From Eledone cirrhosa (Eukaryota): a stretch of DNA of 64,000 nt. Positions 40,127-52,321 of the stretch are shown here, piece after piece. The first letter of the stretch is position 1. Every line of letters begins with the position of its first letter. The stretch is taken from contig OZ024743.1 of assembly GCA_964016885.1 (NCBI GenBank), positions 157,480,001 through 157,544,000 of the forward strand, read 5' to 3'. The translations under genes were made by a program, and so were the position numbers. The notes under the pieces are model-generated. The model searched no databases. It saw only the letters and a list, made by a program, of their open reading frames with translations, and was not told the origin of the DNA.

Positions 40127-43100
40127 TCACTTGAAAAGGAAAATCAAAGTAAAGAGGGAAGTGCTCTCTTCTCAGCATTTTGTTGAAAGATGGGTGAGAA
40201 AGGCAAGAATGGCCCGAGTGAATGGACCTACTCTGAGTATATGCCTGTAAATTTAAAGTGGAAAACTGAGAGAGGGCACTTGCCCTGGTGGTCAGGGTCA
40301 CCGTGGCTTTTTTTAATGGGCTTTCTCCACAATGGCCCTCGGAATAATCCCCTATTGGGGAATTTTTCATTGTTCTTTTATTACATCCTCTATTTTGTGT
40401 TGCACGCTGGGACTGTGTGGGATTAGCGGATAGGGAAGGAGGCTGCAAGAGCCTCACCAACCTGCTCAGGCGTTTTGAACTGTCTGACAGGTACCGATTG
40501 GATTTCCCAAATGTGCCAATGTGGACTTGGACAAACCGCGTCGGGTCATCCAGATCATATCTAGATAGAGTATTTTGTAGGGAAATAGAAAGGTTTAGCA
40601 TAGGCTGTCCACAATTCAAGAAAGTCAGTTACACGGACCACCAATTTGTGATCTGTGTGGTTGACTTAGATAGGCTTCATAGACAAGGATCCGGCTACTG
40701 GAAGCTAAACGTGTCATTAACAAGGCCTACAGAGACGGGATTAGCGAACTTGTTCAGCGGGCGTTGACGAGGCCCATCGTCAACAACAAATGGTGGTTTG
40801 CTCTGAAAAGAGCAATTAGAATAGAGTCCATCAGGTTTAGTAAGGCTTTAGCAATAGAGGAAAATCGAGCAGAGGGAGAACAGGTTAGAAAATTAGACAG
40901 GGCGCTTAGCAAAGGCATCGCGACCGGCGTACTTGCCGCGAAATTGGCCCTTGACCAATTCTTCAATGCAAAGCACGAAGGCTGCGTTGTCAGAGCTAGA
41001 ATGCGTGCTCTCAGACACGAGGGGACGAACGCCGTTTAATGGACCCGAGTGTCGGAGGCGCGTTGTTGCAACAAAGCCACAATACGGTATTTGGTGGACC
41101 ACGACGACCGCATGCTACTCGATCCCTGAAAAATGTGTGAAGCTCTTCAGCGACACTTCGCTCAGCTGTTCGGGGGCAGCGGCGGGCCGGATCGAGGGAT
41201 AGACTTTAGTGTCTACATCCACGGACTGCCGCGGCTCTCGGCCACTAAGGCGGAGTGTTGCAAAAAGCCGATAATAGCAGCAGAAATACGGGAGGCAATG
41301 ACTGGCTGCACAAGGGGTAAATCGCCTGGTTTGGATGGTCTGCCCTATGAACTTTACGTACAGATGCCAGACTTGTTTGGAGGGCTCTTGGCGGACGTCT
41401 ACTGCAACTGGCAACAGAACAGGAGAATTCGCCGCTCTGTGAGCCGAGGAGCGGTGGCACTCCTGAGAAAAGTTCCGAACAAGGGGGATAACATAGGCAA
41501 TTTCAGGCCCATAACTCTGCTAAACACAGAGTTCAAGATTTTGTCCAAGGTGCTAGCAAAGAGGTTGGCGCTTGTCGTTGGTGGTCTGGTGGGAGAGGCG
41601 CTGACATGGGCCATTCCCGACAGATCCATCCACGACAACCTCCACCTCATGCTATACATCGTGGAGAGGGTAGCTAGGGAACCTGGCACGGGTGGGTCCT
41701 TGATCAATTTAGATCAGTCGAAAGCTTTCGATAGGGTCGACCATCGTTAATAGCGGCAGTCCTGAGGGCGGCTGGCTTTGGGCACGTCTTCAGAGGCTGG
41801 ATCGCTGCCATGCACAGCGACATGTTCTCTGTGTTGAGAGTGAACGGTCACCTTTCGGAACCGTACAACATCATACGCTTAGTCTGCCAATGGTGACCCT
41901 TCTCATCCCTCTTGTACGTATTGACTCTCGAGCCATTACTGCACAAACTGGAGACATTGAGCGGGTCCCGTGCGAACTAGGATGCGGAAGATCCGTGTCA
42001 GCATATGCGGATGATGTCACCGTAGAGGTGACGAACGCCAAACAAGTCGAGGCGATCGGCACTACACTAAGAGAATACGAAGCAGTGACAGGAGCAATGA
42101 TCAAGTCGGTGGGCCTGCAGCTCGGCACCAGGAGAGGCTGGTCCATGCCGTCCAACAGCGCCGTCGGGGTTGCACGGACGGACGGTTAAATTGCTAGGGG
42201 TCTGGTTCGGTCCAGACCTCCAGACGGACAAAAACTGGGACGAGGTGACGAGCAGGGTGGCTTCTCTCACCCAAAAGGGGGCAGAGAGGAAGCTATCCCT
42301 GAAAGGTCGACCGTGGTGCCTTGTCCTGAGCCTCGTCTGACAGCGCTGAAGCATTTTCTCTTTCGCTTTTTGTGGAAGGAACGCGCTCCGATGGTCAGGC
42401 GGTCCATCTTCTGTCCACACCCGTAATGTGGAGGGCTGGGCATGCCCTGGCTGATGAACTCTCTGACAGGTATTGACTGGATCACCCGAATGTGCCAATG
42501 TGGGCATGGACAAACCGAATCGGGTCATCCAGATCGTATCTCGATAGGGTATTCTGCAGAGAACTAGATAAGGCTAGTATAAGTTGTCCACAATTTAAAA
42601 TAGTCGACTACACAGACCACAAATTTGTGATCTGTGAGATCGACATAGACAGACTTCATAGACAAGGGCCCGGTTACTGGAAGCTGAACGCGTCTTTCAC
42701 GGCGCGCAAAGCTTACAGAGACCGGATTAGCGTATTAGTTAAGCGTGCGTTGACGGGAGCGGTCGTCAACAACAGGTGGTAGTTCGCCCTGACTAGGGCG
42801 ATTAAAGTAGAATCGATAAGGTTTAGCAAAGGAGTAGTGATAGAGGAAAATAGAGTAGAGGGAGAGCTTGTAAGAAAGCTAGAAGAGGCGTTTAGGACAG
42901 GCATCGCAACCCACGTGCTTGCGGCGATATTGGCACTCGACCAATTTATCAACGCAAAACACGAAGGCTGCGTTGTCAGAGCTAGAGCGCGGGCTCTGGA
43001 ACACGAGGGAACAAAAGCCGTCCAATGGGCCCGGGTGGCAGAGTATCGATGTGGCAACAAGCCACAATTCGGTCTTTATCTGACCAAAACGGGCGCGTGT

Positions 43101-45660
43101 TGCTCGAACCCGAGCAGAAGTGTGAAGCTTTTCATCAACACTTTACTGAACTGTTCGGGAGCAGCGGCGTGCCGGTGCGGGGCATGGACTTCAGTGCATA
43201 CCTCGGCGGACGGCCTCGGCTCTCGACGACCGCAGGACAGTGTTGCGAAAACCAATAACAGCCGGTGGAATACGGGAAGCGATGGCTAACTGTATGAGGG
43301 GTAAATCGCCAGGTTTGGATGATCTGTCCTACGAGCTTTATGCATTTATGCCAGACTTGTTCGGTGACGACTTGTTCGGTGACGTCTACTGCAATTGGCA
43401 GCAAAACGGGAGAATTCCCAGTTTTGTGAGCCGGGGAGCGGTGGCGCTGCTGAGAAAAGACCCGAACAAGGGGGATAACACATATAATTTCCGGTCCATA
43501 ACTCTGCTAAACACTGAGTTCAAGATTTTGGCCAAGGTGCTAGCAAAAGGTTGGCGCTTGTCGTGGATTGTCTGGTGGGAGAGGCGCAGACATGCGACAT
43601 TCCGGACATATCAATACACGACAACCTCCACCTCATGCGATACATCATAGAGAGGGTGGTTAAGGAACCTGGCACGGGTGGGGCCCTGATCAGCTTGGAT
43701 CAATCCAAGGCATTCGATAGGGTCAACCATCGGTACCTGGCGTTTGTCCTCGAGGCAGCCGGTTTCGGGCCCTTTTTCAGGGGTTGGATCGCTGCGATGT
43801 ACAGCGACATCTGCTCAGTTGTGAGGGTGAACGGTCACACGTCGCAGTCGTTCAGCATCATGCGCTCGCTCGCCAGTGTTGTCCCCTCTCGTCCCTCTTG
43901 TACGTATTAGCTCTCGAGCCGTTACTGCACAAACTGGGGGCGATGAGGGGCGTCCCACGCAAGCTAGGATGAGGGAAATCCGAGTCGGCTTACGCCGACA
44001 ACTTCACTGTGGTGGTGTCCAGTGCAAGACAGGTACATATGCTCGGCACCGCTCTCAAGGAATACGAAGCGGTGACAGGAGCAAAGATAAACCAGGAAAA
44101 GTCGGTGGGCTTGCGGCTCGGCACCTGGCGAGGTAAGTCCATGCCCTTCGACAGCGTCGTAGGTAGCTGGACGGAAGGACCAGTTGAATTGCTCGGGGTC
44201 TGGTTCAGTCCGGACCTCCAAATGGAGAGAATCTGAGGAGAGGTGACGAGCAGGGTGGCCTCTCTCACTCAGAAATGGGCCGAGAAGAAGCTGTCTCTGA
44301 AAGATGGGGCGGAGGTGGCGAATGCGTACATAGCGTCTGTCATCTGCTACCGCCTGACCGTCGTCCCTTGACCCGGCCCAACTCTCATCAAAATGGAGCG
44401 TATCCTCGTCCGCTTTTTCTGGAAGGGACGTGCTCCCATGGTCAGACGATCCATCTGCTGTCAACACCCATTACGTGGAGGACTGAGCATGCCATGGCTG
44501 ATGATGCGCAAACAAGCGCTGTGGCTGCAACAACTCTGGTCCTCCCTTGACGGTGAACAGGTGTGGTCGCCGTTCGCCAGGCATGTTTTCCCACAGCTCG
44601 TCTCCTTGACGGAGCTGCAGTCCTGGGTCAGGAAAAGACCGAGGGCTAGCGCTTGGAAACTGGAGTGTCTCCAGGCGCTCACTGCCCTCTGCCAGCTGGG
44701 CACCAACATCGGTGGAACATCCACCTCGGCGTTCTATAGAGGACTAGAGGAGGGGAAGAGCGACGACGTTCTCGGAGAGATCCTGGGTCTGGAAGAAGAT
44801 CAGCTGTTTGTTCTCTTCCGGAGAACTTTCAGCCCAGCGCCTATGGATAACTTCCAAAAATGCCTGGCCTGGTAGTGCTACCGAGGAGCGTTGCCAGTTC
44901 GAGATAAGCTTCACAGGCACGGAAGTGCCGTCAGCCGAGCCTGTCCGAGATGCGTGCAGAGCGACGAACCGTCGTGCACGCACTCGTTCAGTGCCCTAGC
45001 ATTCCTGACTTGTGGAGCTTTGTCGAACAGTTGCTGTCGCGTGTAGGACTGATCTAGTTATCGACTGAGTCCATTGTGCAGATGGTCTCGCTGTCTTACT
45101 TCGAGGAGGAAGGGCAGGCGGTTTACATCTGCCTGGTGGCCATGGCGAAATAGATTGTGTAGTGGACAACGTTGAAAGGGTTAAAGACAGACACTTTCCT
45201 CTTCAACGAATCCCTAATTAATGTTTTCAAGTTTCACTTGAAGAGGAAAATCAGGATGGAGAGGCAAGTGCTGCCTTCTAACAAGTTTGTTGAACGGTGG
45301 GTGAATGTAGCGAGAATGGTCCGAGTGAACTCGACCGCTCTGAATATACGCCTGTGGTTTGAGAAATGGAACAATTGAGAGAGGGCTCTTGCCCTGGTGG
45401 TCAGGGTGGCCGTGGTCTTTTGTGTGGTTTTCGCCACGAGTAACCGTCGGAGGGTTCCTTCGTATTGGGGAATTTTTCATTGTTTCAATTTTATTGTTTA
45501 TATATATATATATGTGTTTCTATGTCTTTTTCTTTTTCTTTTTTTATATAAATAATAAAAATATTTACACGAACAAAACCCACATTGTACCGTCCTGTTC
45601 CGTCTGTGATGTTTTTCTTGATGTCAGCCCTTGTGGCCAATAAAGAAATCCTTATTATTA
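40127..45660 (+). mobile_element. Concatenated truncated Tx1 LINEs (40127-40405, 40406-42465, 42466-45660)
   Basis: 3'-end fragment, then two ORF2 copies (SYLDRV, KSPGLD, DQSKAFDRV, YADD/YADN, CPRC zinc finger); last copy ends AATAAAGAAA-(TTA)n. Confidence 0.9.
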
Positions 45661-45689
45661 TTATTGTTATTTGAGTCTCAGTCATTGAT

Positions 45690-45885
45690 GTTATTTAACT
45701 GGAAAGTTTGTTGATATGAATATCAAGCTGCTACCTGCAGCCTCAGATATTCAGGACGTATCGGAGGGTTCTTGCTGTACCCAGCAAGCATGCCTTTTGA
45801 AGTGTTCCAAAAAGCGGGACTGGACTAACTTTCTTTAACCATCCTTGGAAATTATTTGAGATAGTACCTAGTGCGCCTATGACAA
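45690..45885 (-). mobile_element. 3' tip of another RLE LINE family
   Basis: IVIGALG...LQKACLLGTARTLRYVL, a typical RLE C-terminus. Confidence 0.7.
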
Positions 45886-45896
45886 TATTATTATTA

Positions 45897-45949
<53 letters not shown>

Positions 45950-45951
<2 letters not shown>

Positions 45952-46536
45952 AGCTGCATTTATCTTGCTTTATGTTCATACGAGTTATCACCAAGTCACA
46001 GCCAGTGACCTCCAGAGACAACAAGGTCCGCCATGTTCAAGAAAGAACATACATACTCACACATGCATCTTTAGGTGTTTAGACTTGTGATGTACATATC
46101 TTGACAGAATCTTCATTAGAATATGGGCAGTTCCCATTAGTACTATCTTTTGTATTTCTCCTATACGCGGGTTTCCTGGGATTTGCGATAAGTAATCATT
46201 AGACCCTTTATGTATCATTCCTAGAGCGCCTACAACCACTGGTATTGTTTTAGTTCTCAATTTCCACATTTTTCCAATTTCTATCTCCAGGTCCTTATAC
46301 TTGCTCAATTCTTGTCTATTGGAACGGACATATCAATTAGCAGGCATACCCTCTTTTTAAAGTCCTTCAGTATTATATCAGGTCTATTTGCATCTATTTT
46401 TCGGTCTGTTTGGATGCTAAAGTTCCACAAGATTGTGATGTGATCTTTTTCAAGTATGGGAGGTGGTTGATGCTCCCACCAATTCTTTTGATGGGGTAGG
46501 TCAAAATGCTTACACATTATCCAATGTATGTATTGT
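45950..46536 (-). mobile_element. R4/Dong-type LINE 3' fragment with (TAA)n tail
   Basis: Near-identical to 52340-52948; TAA tract at 45886-45950. Confidence 0.9.
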
Positions 46537-47750
46537 GGAGGGCTCAGGTTCCGCTGGTGATGCAGTCCATCTGCTTCCAGTACCCTGTACGTGGACGGGT
46601 GGGCATGCCGTGGCTAATGATGCGCAGGCACGCGCTGAGGCTGCGGCATCTCCAGATATTCTGCATAAACGGTGAACAGGTGTGGTCGCCGTGTGTTAGA
46701 TGGGCCTTTCCGCAGCTCGTTTCTTTGACTGAGCTGCAGTCCTGGGTCAAGAAGAGACCGAGACTGGGTGACTGGCATCTACAATGTTGCCAGGCACTCA
46801 CTGCCCTCTACAAGGCGGGCAATGCGGCCAGTGGAACTTCCACTCTCGAGTTCTATAGGGGATTAGTGGTGGGCAAGTGCGACGACGCACTCGGAGAGGC
46901 TCTGGGAGTCAACGAGGTCGAACTAACGAGTCTGTACCGGAGGACTTTCGAGCCGGGGACGATAGATAATTTTCAAAAATCTCTCGCTTGGCAGTGTTAC
47001 CGGGGGGGCACTACCGGTTCGAGATAAACTCTACAGGCACGGAAGTGCTGTCAGACGGACCTGCCCGAGATGCGCGCAGAGCGACGAAACCGTTCTGCAC
47101 GCACTCGTCCAGTGTCCGTGCATTACTGACTTGTGGAGTTATGTTAAACAGCTGTTGTCGCGTGTAGAACGGAGCCGGCTCTCGGCCGAGCCCATAATGA
47201 AGATCGACCCGCCGCCTTCTTTTGGTCAGGAAGGGCTGGCAATTGTCCTCTGTCTGGTGGCAGTAGCGAAAGAGGTGGTATGGTGGACGAGTTTGAAAGG
47301 ACTGAAGACAGACACTTTTCTCTTCGGCCAATCCCTCATCAACTTTTTCAAGTTTCACCTGGAAAGGAAGGTGAGGTTGGAGAGAGAAGTGCCCCCCCCC
47401 CCAGTACATTTTCTGAAAGGTGGGTGAATGTGGCGAGAATGGCCCGTGTGAGTGGGCCTACTTTGTTCATGCGGCTGTAGGTAGGTAAATTTGAGGAAGA
47501 GAGGGGTGCCCTTCCAGGGTGCTCTCGAAGCGTCGGGCCGTTCAGGATTGGTGGGGTACCTGAGCGAACCCTGGGTGGTCATCAACCCTATTGGGGAATT
47601 TTTTCTTGTTGTAATTTTATTGTTACTTTGTTATTGTGATTCATATTGTTTACTCGATTTTTCTGTAAAACCCGACTGTCCCAGTATTTTGTATTGTCCG
47701 CTATATGTCGGCCCTTGTGGCCAATAAATGAAATTATTATTATTATTATT
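46537..47750 (+). mobile_element. 5'-truncated Tx1 LINE
   Basis: ORF2 C-terminus with CPRC...HAL..C; AATAAA-(TTA)n end. Confidence 0.88.
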
Positions 47751-47922
47751 GTATTTATGTTCACACACGGACACAAAGTGCTACCTAAGGTTTCATGGCC
47801 AAATAGTGACCATAGATATTGTTCCATGCGTAAAGATAAATATATAATCGAATATTTCAGCCTCATACCGCTTGAGCAGTTTTCTTTTTCTTTTTTCCAC
47901 TTACGCATATTGCTAAACATGT

Positions 47923-47975
<53 letters not shown>

Positions 47976-48197
47976 AGTGCATGTATGTATGTGTGTGTAT
48001 ATATATACATACATATAAAAGCTTTCTGAACACAGTCGATTCTTGCGTTGAAACTCTGTCTCGGCTATTAAATTTATGTGTATTATATATATATATATGT
48101 GTGTGTGTGCTCGCGCGCGCGCACGTGTGTGTGTGTGTGTGTATGCATGTGGACACACGGACAGACTGACACTTTTAAAAAACACAAACACACACGC

Positions 48198-48236
<39 letters not shown>

Positions 48237-49641
48237 CGAAAATGGACGTTAGATGATGATGATGCCCTCTCTATCTATCTCTCTCTCTCTCTTTTTATAT
48301 ATATATATATATATAATGTGTGCGTGTATATATGAATACGCGTGCATGTGTGGTGTGTATGTTTGTATGTTTACGTGCGTTTATTTCTAATTTTACCAGA
48401 GCATAAATTTGTTCCTTTCTCTTTTTTTTTTTTTCATTCTTCTCTATATTTGTTAGCATTAACGGGGTTTCATTTGCACTTTATGAGATATATGCCTGCC
48501 GCTTTATAATCAATAACCTTCAAACGAAAATAATATCATATTTTTGTCTTGTGTTCTGCTTCAGAAGAGTTGGTAAATATATTATGTGACTGATAACGAT
48601 AGGCGCAAAGGTGGAAAATGCATTATGGTCGATAAATCTAAAAGCGGATATCATGCAATGTAGCTATAATTCTTATATGTGAAGTAATACGATAATAATG
48701 TCTCTATAAACCTTAAAGGCTTTTAAGGGTCTATGCTTGATTCTCTTTCTGTAATATTTAATGGATTTTTTTTTTTTTCTTTTTTTAGTAAATTTGGATG
48801 CTTCTCTATCACAGGTGACATTTCAACGTGCAAGGTAAATACTGAACTAGATAGAGTATACTAATCCATTATGTGTTATCAAAGCAAAAATATAAGCCAA
48901 TAAGCTAATTTATATGCGGACACTTAACCTGAATGTATTAGAAAATGAATTTCCTTAAATATCGTCTTAGTTAACGAATGATAAATCGGACAGTGTAGTT
49001 CTTCATTAAATTAACCCTATTTTAACCCCAAGCCAACAATTTGTGGGGAGAAGAAAGTGAATTATATCGACTTTACTTTACTTTACTTTATCGATCTCGG
49101 AAGGGGGAAAATCAAAGTTGCTGTTGGCGTGATTTGAAACCGAAACATAAACAGCAGGATCATACGACGCTCTAACGATTTTTCCAATCCATCGTTTTAG
49201 TGACTGATAAAATGAAAATAAATGATTACATGCTTTCTACACCGTCGTTCGCAGGTGTCCTCTGCGAAATTTGACTCAGTCCTCAACAAAAACAACATGA
49301 ATAAGAACAACAAAATATATATGAAAACAATCATTACCAGCTGTGAAATTTAAACTAAAAACCTTCGAAATCTGAGCAGAAAAACTATCAATCCACCATC
49401 TTTGCTTATCTCTGTTATGTATGCTATCTCTAAAGTATATTTTCCCCATTTACTTCATTTAGATAATTGCCGTCCAACATAATGTTATTTCAGTTAGAAT
49501 AAACAAGGCTTAGCATTAATTAATTATGTTCACCTATCCTTGAATATTATTAATGCTTGTTGAAAATATACATGAATATATGCGTATAAACATATAAGTA
49601 TGAAACCAACATATTCACGTATATGTATATATATAGAGATG

Positions 49642-49678
<37 letters not shown>

Positions 49679-49988
49679 TTGCATGTGTGTGTGTGCATGT
49701 GTGTCTGTGCATGTGTGTGTGTGTGTGTATGTGTGTGTGTGTGTGTATGTGTGTGTGTGCATGTGTGTATGTGTGTGTGTGCATGTGTGTCTGTGCATGT
49801 GTGTCTGTGTGTGTGTGTGTGTGTGTTGACAATAAGTATTGCAGCTTTTTGATAATTTTATTTCATATTACAATTGTTTTTATATTGGTGAGCTCGGATA
49901 GGATCATGCGTTCGAGTCTCGTCTCTTAATCGATACTTCTTCAGATATGAGAGTTTATATGGTTGGTCCCATCTAAACTACAGCCGCC

Positions 49989-51283
49989 TTAAACCTGGAG
50001 CACAACCCAACGATAGTCGGACCCAGTAGCAGAATCGTGTGCTCTGGTCCACCCGTTCCATCTATCTGTGTGGGTTTTCTTGGCCATTGAGGTAATGGTA
50101 GGTGGTCTGCCTCTTGCTGGTCTTGTAGGGCACAGGTTGCTAAGGTCATATGTGTCTAGGTAACTATTACTATAGGTAAGCTTAAGTAGGAGTCCCAGCT
50201 CACTGGTATCAATCCCACGGAACTCAACCTTGCTCTCACTGATCATTTCTACGCATTTCTCCACAGCAAAATCCACGTCAATAGATGGATACAGGGACAC
50301 AACATCCATACTGCCTATTATGCAGTTTGTTAGGTCCCCAGATCGGTTACTCACGCCGATTCTGCTGAGGAGGTCCTCCGTGCTGTCACATACATCTGAG
50401 GACATTTCAATGATGGGGCGTATGATCAGGGAGAGGAAGTAGGACAGTCTGTAGTTACTAGCAATGTTAGCTCCACAGACTGGCCGTGTTGGTGGTCCCG
50501 CGACAGGATCACAGCCCGTTTTATGGTCTTTTCGAAGCCCATACAACGCCGGCACGTCAATGTTCCAGGCCTGGAAGTTGTTGGCAGTCCTTTTGTTGGG
50601 CTGCATTATATTCGTCCACATCACCATATGGGCATTGAGGGCTTTTTCTCTATCCTCATGCTCCTGTGGTGTTACCTCTCTTGTGTTAGTGATGTGGGGT
50701 TGCATTCCCTGGATGTAGTTTGGCAGGCTGTCAACCGACATTCTGCCAGACTTGTCTGTTGGAAAGCATGCTATCTCTCCATTACGTGAGCGTTGCATGA
50801 GCTTACGCAAGCCATTTGCAGACTTTTCTCCCAGTTGCTGGGCCTCCATTCTATTATGCTTCTTGCTATACTGTTGTATAATATTTCTAAGTTCGGATCT
50901 AGCTATACTAAATTGTGCTTCTGTTTGTTCATCGACCTGCGACGGCAATTGCGTGCGTTTGTTAAATGGTAAAGTCGTGCCGTGGACTCGTCGCAGGTCG
51001 AATGATTTATCGGAGGGATTATAAAACGTAGAGTTCCAGGCTGCTGCTTTATGTGTACTAGTGCTATTGTTATTGTTAGTTGTGTTTTTCTATTTCTATT
51101 TCCACCAACAGCCTCATGGTTGTTTCTATGTCTCTCATAATTACTCCTGTCTCTTTCCACTGGCTCATTGTTGTTATCTACCCTATTTTGTGCGTCTGTG
51201 TGTTCGTCTTGGTTATTTTCTTTGTCCTTAGTCTCCCTTCTCCTTTTAATCCTATTACTTTCCCTTATTTCTCTTTTTTTACC

Positions 51284-51285
<2 letters not shown>
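49989..51285 (-). pseudogene. Penelope-like element reverse-transcriptase fragment (possibly Nematis-like)
   Basis: TDKSG, LYGLRKDHK, PTRPV and SMDVVSLYPSI motifs; frame extends upstream (KSFDLRRVHGTTLPFNKRTQLP); truncated before the catalytic YxDD motif. Confidence 0.88.
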
Positions 51286-51320
<35 letters not shown>

Positions 51321-51321
<1 letters not shown>

Positions 51322-51497
51322 GAGTAGGACCCCGACGGCGGAGGTCAAGCCGTTTCGACGGTTAATTCTGGACGTCGAAACGGCTTGAGCTCAGCCGTCG
51401 GGTTCCTACTCGTTTCTATTGCCCACTCTACTACCCTAAGTATTGAGTACTTTGGTGCGTTATAGTCCACCTGGTTCCTTACCACATTTCTTCCGTT
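51321..51497 (+). mobile_element. Half-hammerhead fold-back mini-element
   Basis: 40-bp inverted arms 51321-51360/51373-51412; right arm GAAA-cggct/agccg-TC (GUC triplet); TATTGAGTAC at 51441-51450; (TA)n flanks. Confidence 0.75.
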
Positions 51498-51508
51498 ATA
51501 TATATATT

Positions 51509-51602
<94 letters not shown>

Positions 51603-51603
<1 letters not shown>

Positions 51604-51985
51604 GGCGGTGGTTTGGCAGTATCGGTAGAGAGTCGGACGCCATGCTTTCCAGCATAGTTACGTCCCTTTACGATCTGAGTTCAAATCCCGCCGAGGTTGA
51701 CTTTGCCTTCGATAAAATAAAGTACCAGTAATGAACTGGGTAATTGCTGGCCTTGTGCCTAAAGTAGAAACAATTATTATTATTATTATGGGCGGTGGAT
51801 TGGCAGTATCGGTAGAGGGTCGGACGTCATGCTTTGACGTATAGAGTTACGGCCCTTTCCATTCTGAGTTCAAATCCCGCCTAGGTCAACTTTGCCTTTC
51901 ATCCTTACGGGGTCGATAAAATAAAGTACCAGTAATGTACTGGGTAATTGCTGGCCTTGTGCCAAAAGTAGAAACAGTTATTATT
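51603..51985 (+). mobile_element. Two tandem octopus-type SINEs in (TTA)n
   Basis: Copies at 51603-51780 and 51790-51985. Confidence 0.9.
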
Positions 51986-52019
51986 ATTATTATGTAAACC
52001 CTTGTGGTTAATAAAGAAA

Positions 52020-52068
<49 letters not shown>

Positions 52069-52071
<3 letters not shown>

Positions 52072-52321
52072 AGGTGGAAAACTGGGAGAGGGCAGTTGCC
52101 TTGGTGGTCAGGGTCACTGTGGCCTTTTACTAGGCTTTCTCCACAAATGTCCCTTCGAACTCTCCCCCCTTTTGTGGAATTTTTCATTGTTAATTTTTTG
52201 TTACATCCTCTGTTTTTCTTTTTTACACGCAGAAATGGTCATTTGTACCGTCCTGTATTGTCCTGCACTGTCCTTAATGTCTACTTTATGTAAACCCTTG
52301 TGGTTAATAAAGAAAACAAAA
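52069..52321 (+). mobile_element. Solo Tx1 3' UTR
   Basis: Similar to 3' UTRs at 40255-40400, 57990-58230 and 63570-63812. Confidence 0.8.

Noticed and set aside
48789-48834. Possible isolated plus-strand micro-exon (ag...AAG|gtaaat)
   Set aside because: Splice signals only; no recognisable domain or partner exons.
49895-49950. Possible hammerhead downstream of the PLE RT (CTGAAGA...CGAAC, - strand)
   Set aside because: Stem II is plausible, but GAAA is broken and stems I and III do not pair.
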